A stretch of DNA of 64,000 nucleotides from Flaccisagitta enflata (GCA_965153355.1 OZ231126.1:18972001-19036000), one strand, 5' to 3'; shown: positions 33,491 through 42,772, counted from the first letter of the stretch. The notes: generated from the sequence alone by a model not told the origin. Made by a program: numbers and translations.

Positions 33491-35382
33491 CGTCATTTTA
33501 GATCATTTTTAAGCTTTTTTTCAGCAATTTAGTCATTCTAATCTTTCTCAGTTTTTTTAAGTCATTATAAGTTATTCTAAGTCATTCAAGTCATGGTTTT
33601 GCCTTCATTGTTTTGTCTTAACTAGCATTTTTAATTTTGTTATCCTAGGCTCTGCTAAGTTACCCTTTTCAGTCATTCCTTTTAATTTTGTTATCCTAGG
33701 CTCTGCTAAGTTATCCTTTTCAGTCATTCCTTTTAATTTTGTTATCCTGGACTTTGCTAAGTTATTATTTAAAGTAATTCAGGATTCATTGGTGCTTACT
33801 CTATCTGAGTCATTTCTAAGTTTGGTTTCTTGCCACGCATAGTCTGAAACGTTTTTTTTAGTTGTTCATGAACACCCGAAGTCCCTCTAAGTCATTAAAA
33901 GGGTTTTGTTATGCTTCTTGTCTTTTGAGCCATTCTTAGTCTCCATACTTACTAAGTCATCCTATATCAGCTTAGGTCGTTTCAAGTCACTTTCAATCTT
34001 TCCCATACACTTCATGGTCATTTCGTAGTCACGGTTTTTTTTACGGTTTGTCATATCAGGTCATGGTCATTCTTTGCCTTTGAGTCTTCCGTAGTTTAGC
34101 CGTTTCTGAATCGCTTTTAACCAGCCAAATATTTTTAGTTGTGTGCACGCGACTCTACACCTTGCCGTGTAGGTCGTTCGGTCCGTCCGTCGGTCCGTTT
34201 GTCACACTTTTTTTAAAATCATGACCTTTTAAGGTATTTTAGGGTAATTTAAGGTACTCTAGGGTATTTTAGGGTACTTTAAGGCACTTCAGGGTACTTT
34301 GAGGTACTTAAGTTATTTTGGGTACTTAAGGTACTTTAGAGCATTTTCGGATATTTTTGAGTAGTTTTGGGAAGTTTTGAGTAGGTTTGAGCATTTTGGG
34401 TATTTTTGGGTATTCTTGGGTATTTTGGGTATTTTTGGACATATTCAGTGTAGGCAGGGTAGGTATGGTAGGCAGGGTATTTTAATGAGTAGGCAGGTTA
34501 TTTGGTAAATATGTCTGTTATTGTAAAATGGAGCACGCGACTGTTGGCATGTTAGGCGGGTTTTATTCTATAAGTTTACTCAGGGTCTGTCTGAGTTGTT
34601 TTGGACTATGCAGTTTTGAGTTTTGCCCTTTTTGGGTCAATTTGCTATCTCTTGCTTAGAATTCATCATATTTAATTCAAATTGTCTGCTATTACTTGGG
34701 GGTAATTCTTGAATATTTTTAGACACTAGGAATGAGTTGAAGTTGTTACCTTTCTTTTGCAGTCCTGTCTTAATCTTTGAGTCATAAATCACCTTTAATT
34801 TTTTTTAGTTATGCGAAAAAAAAAACCAAGTCATACGACTCTAAATCTTTCTTATTCTCGAAGTCTCTTCGCCACCATTTGGTCACCTGGAAACATTTTA
34901 GGTCACCCCAGATTCCTTTAAGCTTGGTTAGCTAGAGTTAGCCTGGTTAGCTAGAGTTAGCTTGGTTCTGACGTAACAATATGATTACAAACGGAGAAAT
35001 ACTGCGTGTTGTTTGTGGGCAATAATTTCCCAGGGGGGGAATTTGGATGTCCCCATGTAACCCTGATGGTCAGCTGAACCTTGTTGATCGGACTGCAGCG
35101 GGAAGGATTTCAAGCGTCCCTTTCACCGTACCCCTCTAAACCTAACCCACTGTAGGTTACCTAACCAATGAAAGGGGCCAACCACTCCCGTTAAGTACAT
35201 GCCTGTAGGAAGAGTAACAAATGATGATTGGATCTGTTTGGAATACGTGGATTGGGCCTTTCTTTTCTGTTTTTTATATATGACTTTGCCGATGGTGCTT
35301 CCAAAGTAGATTAGCGCTTTTCGCTACAATTATTTTTAGGTGATATCCTTTTCGCAGGGGAATCCGTGTAATCATAGCCGCT

Positions 35383-35685
35383 ATGTCTCAAGAGGTGGAA
35401 TTGGAGACAATTAAAAGATGGTTCCCAAAGGCATTTGTGGAGGGCCGAGAGGTGACCTTTTACACACTAGGATGGCCGCATGTGAAACCATCGGCAAACG
35501 AAATGGCTGACGCAGGGTTTTTCATGTTAAGAAAACCCGATGTCGTCGGCTGTCTCTTTTGTGGAGTTACTCTTGTCGAGTGGGAACAACAAGACGACCC
35601 AAGGCAAGAACACATGCGTTTCTCGCAAAGTTGTCCTGTTTACGGTATAACAAATAGGGGGTCATCGGACAACATCGGGCCCTAG
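35383..35685 (+). CDS. Single-BIR-domain inhibitor-of-apoptosis-like protein (100 aa)
   Basis: R-x2-TF...WP...MADAGFF...DVVGCLFCG..L..WE..DDP..EH......CP is a complete BIR consensus with CCHC Zn ligands. No RING domain. AATAAA at ~35790 and ~35846. Confidence 0.9.
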   Translation: MSQEVELETIKRWFPKAFVEGREVTFYTLGWPHVKPSANEMADAGFFMLRKPDVVGCLFCGVTLVEWEQQDDPRQEHMRFSQSCPVYGITNRGSSDNIGP

Positions 35686-36242
35686 GCCAACATCAAAGGA
35701 GGCCTCTTTGAGCCCCTTTTCCGGGAGGATGTTCACATATAGAACTCAGAAGGGCTAGTTGAACAACTATGCAGATCACAGCATGTGAAAATAAATGCTC
35801 TTTCTCTCTCTCATGTTCTCCCTCTCGTTCTCTCTCTCATGTGGGAATAAATACTCGTTCTCTCTCTTGCGCCAAATACATCGTTTTAGCATGGGGATGT
35901 TTGCGTCGTTGGTGAATAACGCTGGTTTCGTACCGCTTGGACTTTATTTGGGTGGTGCTTGAATACTGTTTGGGTGTTGCTTTTAAATATGCATTGGCTT
36001 TTCATTATTCGTCACGCCTATTGGTCATATGCTTCCTGAAACATTTATTCCTATTCCCTACAGAATAGACTTAACACTATACATGTTGAGCACATAAAAA
36101 GGTAAGTCAAATTGTGCTTGAGTCGGACTCATAACATCTGTGGCCATCTACTTACACCAATATTTTTTTTTTTTCTTTTTCTCTTTACTACCCTACAGTG
36201 ATACCAAACCATTCCTTGTCCTTCGGCTAAAACCTTAAGGAG

Positions 36243-36818
36243 ATGGAAGAAGGCGACATTTCCTGCAATGCCAAGAACAAAGGGTTTCGCGTCGAGGGGA
36301 ACAAAGTTCTAAATGATGAGGAAGAGGACGAAGACGAAGTGGGGACGTCTGAATGGATGACTGCGGTGAAGACGCTAGAAGAACGTTGGACGACCGTGCA
36401 AGGAAATGACCTTTTCCCAAGACCTTCATCCAGGGTCTCGACGTACAAGGATGACATCACGGAAACAGCTACCGCCGACGTTGACGCAACGGACGTACGG
36501 AACATCGGGGAACCCTGCGAGTACTGCTGGGCTAACCTGCCTACACAGGAAAGTCTAATGGAGCACTACAGTGTTACCCATGGGAGACATTTCTCCTGTG
36601 CTAGATGCACAAAGGCTTTCAAACGTTTAAGCCACATAGAGACGCACTTAAGATGTGTACATAGTCTAGATAGACCTTTTAAATGTGATATTTGTCTTAG
36701 GGCTTTCAGCGTAAAGAGCAATCTGAAAAGGCATAGAATACTCCACTTTCAGATCGGATCTAGGCACTTCACCACAGAGGGGAAATTTGTGAATAGTGTG
36801 CTAACGTTACACTTATAA
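36243..36818 (+). CDS. C2H2 zinc-finger protein (3 fingers, acidic N-terminus)
   Basis: CEYC..H....H, CARC..F..H....H, linker SLDRPF, CDIC..F..H...H. Probable 5'UTR intron at 36112-36198 (AG|GTAAGT ... polypyrimidine CCCTACAG). Confidence 0.88.
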   Translation: MEEGDISCNAKNKGFRVEGNKVLNDEEEDEDEVGTSEWMTAVKTLEERWTTVQGNDLFPRPSSRVSTYKDDITETATADVDATDVRNIGEPCEYCWANLPTQESLMEHYSVTHGRHFSCARCTKAFKRLSHIETHLRCVHSLDRPFKCDICLRAFSVKSNLKRHRILHFQIGSRHFTTEGKFVNSVLTLHL

Positions 36819-36949
36819 AATAGCAAGACAGTAGTCAGCTAGATTATTACTTGTTATCACTGTTTACCATTCATTGTAACTCTTAGGAAAATAACTGAGA
36901 CGACCAGAAAAGACATAAAAGTAGAACTCTATATAACTTCTAAGCAAAA

Positions 36950-37849
36950 ATGTCGAAAATTCTTGCAAAACTGGCCTCCGAGACCTCTTACTCTAAAAAG
37001 TTCATGCAACCGGAATCAACGACCGAAAGGGATTCGAAGCAACTGTGCGATGCCGCTCCAAGGATTGCAGTTACCACCCTACCTCGCCAATACCACTCAG
37101 GAATGGAAGATACTTCGGGAGATCCCTACAAGCAGCAACTCTCCCAAATTGAAAAAGCCATCTCGGAAATCCCTTTGAACATAGAGAGGGCAATTTCTGA
37201 GACGGAGCGCAAAAGGTCAAGGGAGATGGGGGAAGCCCTTCGAGAAATAGGGAAAATCCGGGAAGAAACCATGGCCGCGACTGTCGCAATGGAGGAGAAG
37301 CTCAAGAATGAGGCCCTCGACATCAAAGCGTCATCGGAGGCAGGCTTGGAAGAACTGCAAAGGGAGATGACCAAAGAGTCTAGGTCTCTCCATGAGAACA
37401 ACCTCGCTGCAATGAGGCAAGAAATAAGGAGAGAAGTGGGGGAAAAGTGGTCAAACCTGCAAACGGCGAACAAGAACCATGTCAGATTTCTCAGGGACCG
37501 TGCTGAGAACATGAAAAGGGAGCTGAGGGTCGAAGTGGACAGGGCCGTGAGGGCCAGTCTAACGCGTTTGCCCATGAACCAACAACGCGCGGTAGGAAGA
37601 CAGGCAGCGCCTCAAGGCCCTGTCTTTAGGGCCCCGAGAGGATGGAGGGGACCCGGTCCAAACCAGGTTCTGTGCCAGCAGTGCAAGTATGTTAATTTGC
37701 ATCACAGCACAGAATGCCGCCTACCGCCCTTTTGTGGAATCTGCTGTGTCGAAGGTGCCCACACAGAGGCAGGACACCATCAAGCAATGACCGCTTGGCG
37801 AGGAGCACAAGGCCAGCCATGGCCCCGGAGAGCGGCCAACCGACGTTGA
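36950..37849 (+). CDS. Coiled-coil protein with two C-terminal zinc-knuckle-like motifs (Gag/nucleocapsid- or ORF1-like)
   Basis: Long E/K/R-rich helical region, an R/G/P-rich linker, then CQQC-x5-H-x4-C and CGIC-x5-H-x4-H, and a basic tail. 299 aa. Confidence 0.7.
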   Translation: MSKILAKLASETSYSKKFMQPESTTERDSKQLCDAAPRIAVTTLPRQYHSGMEDTSGDPYKQQLSQIEKAISEIPLNIERAISETERKRSREMGEALREIGKIREETMAATVAMEEKLKNEALDIKASSEAGLEELQREMTKESRSLHENNLAAMRQEIRREVGEKWSNLQTANKNHVRFLRDRAENMKRELRVEVDRAVRASLTRLPMNQQRAVGRQAAPQGPVFRAPRGWRGPGPNQVLCQQCKYVNLHHSTECRLPPFCGICCVEGAHTEAGHHQAMTAWRGAQGQPWPRRAANRR

Positions 37850-38109
37850 AGAAACACTAAAACTAAGAGACTTGAAATGTATTTCAACTCCATAATCTTA
37901 TTGTTCCGATGCTACACAGTTACTAGACCTTCTAATGGTTTTCCAGACCACCATGATTTGGTCGTTTGCACTACCACTTGATATAAATATGATTTGCCAT
38001 ATACTTTCTATATAACCTAGTTAAAAATGGTTAACTCAATTTTTAGTTAAGATCAAACATTCAATTGGATAAAACAAGCCTCCGCGGCAACTCAACAAAT
38101 CAAACTTTC

Positions 38110-38975
38110 TTGGCCTTTGCGGGCCTCAATTCATTATACTCCCCTGGCCAATGTGGCATAGACCATCATCTAACATTCAATCAAATTTGGCCTTTGCGGC
38201 ACGTCAATCCATCATATACTTGGCCGTTGTGGCATAGACCATCATCTAACATTCAATCAAATTTGGCCTTTGCGGCAAATCAATCCATCATACACCCTCA
38301 GCCTTTGTGGCATAAACTTTCATCTAACATTCAATCAAATTTGGCCTTTGCGGCGCCTCAATCCAGTATACACCCCTGGCCAATGTGGCATAGACCATCA
38401 TCTAACATTCAATCAAATTTGGCCTTTGCGGCACGTCAATCCATCATATACTTGGCCGTTGTGGCATAGACCATCATCTAACATTCAATCAAATTTGGCC
38501 TTTGCGGCAACTCAATCCATCATACACCCTCTGAGCCTTTGTGGCATGAACTTTCATCTAACATTCAATCAAATTTGGCCTTTGCGGCGCCTCAATCCAT
38601 TATACACCCTTGGCCAATGTGGCATAGACCATCATCTAACATTCAATCAAATCTGGCCTTCGCGGCACCTCGATCCATTATACACACTTGGCCATTGTGG
38701 CATAGACCATCATCTAACATTCAATCAAATCTGGCCTTCGCGGCACCTCGATCCATTATACACACTTGGCCATTGTGGCATAGACCATCATCTAACATTC
38801 AATCAAATTTGGCCTTTGCGGCAACTCAATCCATTATACACCCTTGGCCATTGTGGCATAGACCATCGTCTAACATTCGATCAAATTTGGCCTTTGCGGC
38901 ACCTCAATCCATCATACACCCTCAGCCATTGTGGCATATACATTCATCTAACATTCAATCCTGGCCATTGCGACA
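38110..38975. repeat. ~78-bp tandem array (x~11), two GGCCWTTGYGGC-type motifs per unit
   Basis: TGGCCTT starts at 38188, 38264, 38342, 38420, 38496, 38576, 38654, 38732, 38810 and 38888 (76-80 bp period). Degenerate motif copies extend to ~38078 and ~39110. Confidence 0.95.
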
Positions 38976-39365
38976 ATTCACTTGCGCCGTTGCGGCAATT
39001 CACTCTTCCTCTCAGAATCAACCCTGGCCTCTGCGGCATCACACCCCATCATACACCCTTACTAAATTTTCACTTGAGGATGGGGCTCTCAATCAGTCAG
39101 GGCCCATGGCAGCAACTCAATCATTCGTAAACCATGTGGTTTTTACGGCAACTTGCCTTTCATGTTAGGGACGTTATTCAAACTACTAAACCTCACCACT
39201 AGGACATTTATGACTGGGATGCAACTACAACATTACTAGAGAGTTGCACCAGGAAATTATTACCAATTAGACAACAATTACAAGTTATGCCTTATTTTAC
39301 CGCTATACCTATGACATTTATCAATGCACCTTTTGTCAGGTTCGCTAAACCCTGGATAAGGAGTT

Positions 39366-40754
39366 ATGAGGAGCCTAGTTATGAGGAGCCTGCTTATAGC
39401 AGTGCTGGTGGCTTCCGCGGCCTGCCTTGTCGGCCTTGGCATCACCATCCTTCCGGTGAAGGAAGCAACCAAAGAAGAAGGGGAAGTCTTGAAGGCAGAA
39501 GGCAGACAGAGGAGAGACAATAACGGAAATACAAGAACGGCCTTTGACTGTAGAAATGTCACATATACAAATATGGGCAACGCGGCAAAAGCTTCACGCG
39601 AACTTGTTGAGGACGAAGTCATCATGTGGCAAGGGAACAATTACACCGAATGGAATAAGGCCACGGTGGAGGTCAGTAGCACCATATATGAAGTCTGGTG
39701 TCAACGAGTGAAGGTCGAACTACTTCCGACGGAAAGCTGCTATCACCGCAACTCCCGCAGGGTGGAATTGAAGGGTGAAATTCTTTTCATGGACGAACGC
39801 TATTTCCTTCACGACTTCGCCAGCGAAGTGGACTGCCCGCCCCGAGATCTTCGTGCAAGAATATCTCAGAAGATCCTCACTCACATCCACAAGACACACG
39901 TAATCTCCGACTTAACACAAGCGACACTCTCTAAACCCAAATGCGATTTTTCATCCCTCTTTGACGACAAGTCAATATACAATTTGATATGGAAAAGTGA
40001 AATTTGCCTGTGCAAGAATACAGGTTTCCTCGTGGACCTAAAGATCTACTATCAAAAGTTCTTTGCCCCGCTACTCTTCATAGGAAGTGTCTCTTACTCA
40101 TTCTACTGCTTTATTCTGACCCTGATAGCTCGATACTTCATACGCGTGAGATGGACCTCCGCTCTTCGCCTTTCAATGCCCTTCATAAAAAGAGCGTATG
40201 AAATCATCGTATTCTCCAAGAAAGTATCAAGGAAACTAGACGCCCGCAAACGCCGCAGAGAGAGGAAGCTTGCTTTCTTGGCTCCCGATTTGACGTTGGA
40301 ATGTCTCATGTATGAGCACATGGAGCAACTCTACAGGATTGCGATAGCTTTGAAAGCAAGAATAAGGCGCCTGGAAAAGGGGAGGTCATCTGTCCAGAAC
40401 AGGAGACTGAAACACCGGATTCACCTCATGAGGGAAGTGATAAGGCGCGCTAACGAAAACGGGGCAGGGATAACAGCATCAGCAAAACAACTGACAAGTT
40501 TTGCAAGAAGGCGAGCTGCAGGGAAAACGAATCAAATCTGCCATGGAATGGACCCAAGAACGATTTCTCCTTCAAGATCCACTCAAACAACTGACAGAAT
40601 AACAAATGATGATCTCGGAGGCAGGATTATGTGGACCCATGCCGCTCCAAGACCATGCATTGGTGACCGCGGAAAGACCACGCTGCCAAAATCGAGGTCC
40701 AACACCGGCCCGGTTCCTCCACCAAAACCGAGAAGACACACCAACCTAAACTAA
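39366..40754 (+). CDS. Envelope-like type I membrane glycoprotein with chuvirus/gB-like (class III) motifs, apparently shortened
   Basis: Hydrophobic signal (LLIAVLVASAACLVGLGITIL), furin site RQRR, AFDC, sequons NVT and NYT, motif YEVWCQRVKVELLPTESCY...V...G..LFM...L.....VDC, a TM segment (FFAPLLFIGSVSYSFYCFILTLIA), and a long basic tail ending PVPPPKPRR. Confidence 0.65.
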   Translation: MRSLVMRSLLIAVLVASAACLVGLGITILPVKEATKEEGEVLKAEGRQRRDNNGNTRTAFDCRNVTYTNMGNAAKASRELVEDEVIMWQGNNYTEWNKATVEVSSTIYEVWCQRVKVELLPTESCYHRNSRRVELKGEILFMDERYFLHDFASEVDCPPRDLRARISQKILTHIHKTHVISDLTQATLSKPKCDFSSLFDDKSIYNLIWKSEICLCKNTGFLVDLKIYYQKFFAPLLFIGSVSYSFYCFILTLIARYFIRVRWTSALRLSMPFIKRAYEIIVFSKKVSRKLDARKRRRERKLAFLAPDLTLECLMYEHMEQLYRIAIALKARIRRLEKGRSSVQNRRLKHRIHLMREVIRRANENGAGITASAKQLTSFARRRAAGKTNQICHGMDPRTISPSRSTQTTDRITNDDLGGRIMWTHAAPRPCIGDRGKTTLPKSRSNTGPVPPPKPRRHTNLN

Positions 40755-41106
40755 GACGTGAATCAAAATATCTCCATTCTTTCTGTTTTATATATATATA
40801 TATGGGGCATTTACTTTAGGATGAAAGCTAGGCTTTAGTCACCGCGACCAAATCTACGCATCACCGTGTTGGGTTGTCCATCGGTGACATTTTGTATGAT
40901 GGTCCATCGGCATCATTTTGTATGATAGTTTTCCGCGCTACTGTCTCTGCCCTATTAGCTGCGTTTTTCTTTTCTGCCGTGTATTTGGCCTTTTGTTACA
41001 ACCAAAAAAAAAAATAATAACAATAAGCGTGAACATGTAACCATAGGCTACCTTATTATTCCTTTTAATACCCACACCTTTACTGCTCACAGACAGCGGG
41101 AGAATA

Positions 41107-41631
41107 ATGACGGAGCAGCAGGCGCTTACTGGAAAAATGTTGGCAAACATTGTTTCAGGGGTGTTTGACCAAAAAGAGAACTCGAACGTAGAAAGCCCAA
41201 CAGCAAGCTCGACGTCCGTGGGAACCGAATCACCCCAGGAAGGAAACTCTTCTCCTATAAGGGTTGAGGAAGCAGTTGTTGAGGAAGCAGTTAACAAACT
41301 TCGCTTTACAATGATGGCCGTGGAAGAACTAAAGGCCATTGGGAGTGTCCTAACCTTGGTGAATAGGGATAGAAATAGGGATAATACGGATGACAGGGAA
41401 ATCAATCCCCAAGTCCAAAAGGCCATTGACTTGGCCAGCATCAAGCTGAGACGCGAGTGGACGGAAAAACTCAGGGTTCTACGTCGAGAAATGGAGAAGG
41501 GATGGGAAAGAAAGATAATGGAAAACAACACTGAATTGAGAAGGAGAATCGGCGAGGAGATAAGGGCCAAAATGCGCAGGAACATCGGAGATCACAACCG
41601 ACCATCAAAATCGCGACGTTCCGAACTTTGA
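41107..41631 (+). CDS. Hypothetical coiled-coil protein (174 aa)
   Basis: Clean non-repetitive ORF with an S/T/E-rich N-terminus and a charged helical C-terminus, co-oriented within the cassette. Confidence 0.6.
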   Translation: MTEQQALTGKMLANIVSGVFDQKENSNVESPTASSTSVGTESPQEGNSSPIRVEEAVVEEAVNKLRFTMMAVEELKAIGSVLTLVNRDRNRDNTDDREINPQVQKAIDLASIKLRREWTEKLRVLRREMEKGWERKIMENNTELRRRIGEEIRAKMRRNIGDHNRPSKSRRSEL

Positions 41632-41915
41632 GAGCCTCTAGCGCTAACATTTTATCGCAACAGCCACCTACCAATGATAACCAGATATTCTATCCGCCAA
41701 AAATTACCCGCCGGGCGTTCTTTGTAATCTGTTTGGGGGGGAATGGAAATATTGTTTTCACGCGAAGGCCTTCCTTTCCAAATTATACATTCTATTACTC
41801 TCATTATCCGAAAAATGTAAGCATTCTTATTCCATACTATATCCAATCTTTTATACGTAGGCCAATGTAAAACTCATCTTGGGAAGTAAGATCCTTTCTT
41901 ATTCGAGCATATAGC

Positions 41916-42762
41916 ATGGAACCTCTTCTTGAGCCTAACCCGCAACGCTTTGTTGTACTGCCCACACTCTATCCTGAGATGTGGGATATGTACAAGAAGG
42001 CAGTAGCCAGCTTCTGGACCACTGAAGACGTTGACCTTGCCAAGGATATGGAGCACTGGGAAAATTTGAAGGAGGGAGAGCGCCAGTTCATATCCCATGT
42101 GCTTGCCTTCTTTGCTGCCAGCGATGGGATCGTCAATGAGAACCTGGCCCAAAGGTTTCTTGTCGATGTCCAGGTACCCGAAGCCAGGTGTTTCTACGGT
42201 TTCCAAATCGCCATGGAGAACATCCACTCGGAGATGTATGGTCTCTTGATTGAAACATACATAAGAGACCCAGCCGAAAAGTCCCGCCTCCTCAATGCCA
42301 TTGAAACCCTGCCTGCAGTTAAACGAAGAGCAGACTGGGCCATCTCATGGATTCACGATGAGACCAGGAGTTTTGCCGAGCGGCTGGTCGCTTTTGCGGC
42401 TGTTGAAGGCATTTTCTTTTCAGGGAGTTTTGCAGCCATCTTCTGGCTCAAGAAGAAGGGAGTCATGCCTGGTCTATGTTTCAGCAATGAATTAATCTCC
42501 AGGGATGAGGGCCTCCACTGCGACTTTGCATGCCTCTTGTTCAGGTATGTCCAGGACAAACCAAGCGAAGGGACCGTCAAGGAGATTATCGCTCAGGCGG
42601 TGAGCATCGAGCAGGAATTCCTATCTGACGCTTTACCAGTGGCTCTACTCGGGATGAATTGCCGTTCCATGAGCGACTACATTGAGTTTGTCGCAGACCA
42701 CTGGCTGGGCCAGCTGGGATTTGAGCCTCTCTTCGGAACTCAAAATCCTTTCGACTTCATGA
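41916..42762 (+). CDS. RRM2: Ribonucleotide reductase small subunit (class Ia R2), intronless, viral-style short N-terminus; 3' end cut by the assembly gap
   Basis: [40 protein letters not shown] (Fe ligands and radical Tyr), [23 protein letters not shown]. The symbol denotes family membership, not host orthology. Confidence 0.95.
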
Positions 42763-42772
42763 NNNNNNNNNN
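42763..42772. other. Assembly gap (10 N)
   Basis: N run. Sequence character changes abruptly across it. Confidence 1.

Larger units (their letters stand above)
34900..42762 (+). mobile_element. Compact virus-like / giant retroelement-like gene cassette; boundaries undefined, right end lost in the gap
   Basis: Six co-oriented ORFs with intronless CDSs in ~7.4 kb, essentially free of the host MITEs, HINEs and long microsatellites that saturate the rest of the window. Gene content: BIR, ZnF, zinc-knuckle, glycoprotein, RNR-R2. Confidence 0.7.

Noticed and set aside
38065-39168. Long ORFs in the 78-bp array, and a CRISPR-like appearance
   Set aside because: The ORFs arise from the 26-codon period and are broken by 76/80-bp units. 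The variable segments are homologous to each other rather than unique spacers, no cas genes are present, and the context is eukaryotic.
36235-39366. TAAGGAG before two ATGs as Shine-Dalgarno, implying bacterial contamination
   Set aside because: The proteins are eukaryote or eukaryotic-virus type (BIR, C2H2, metazoan-like R2), and a spliceosomal-type intron and AATAAA signals are present.
34900-42762. LTRs, PBS/PPT, TIRs or RT/integrase/polymerase motifs for the cassette
   Set aside because: None found by eye within the window; only short local tandem duplications (~34920-34967, ~40876-40928).
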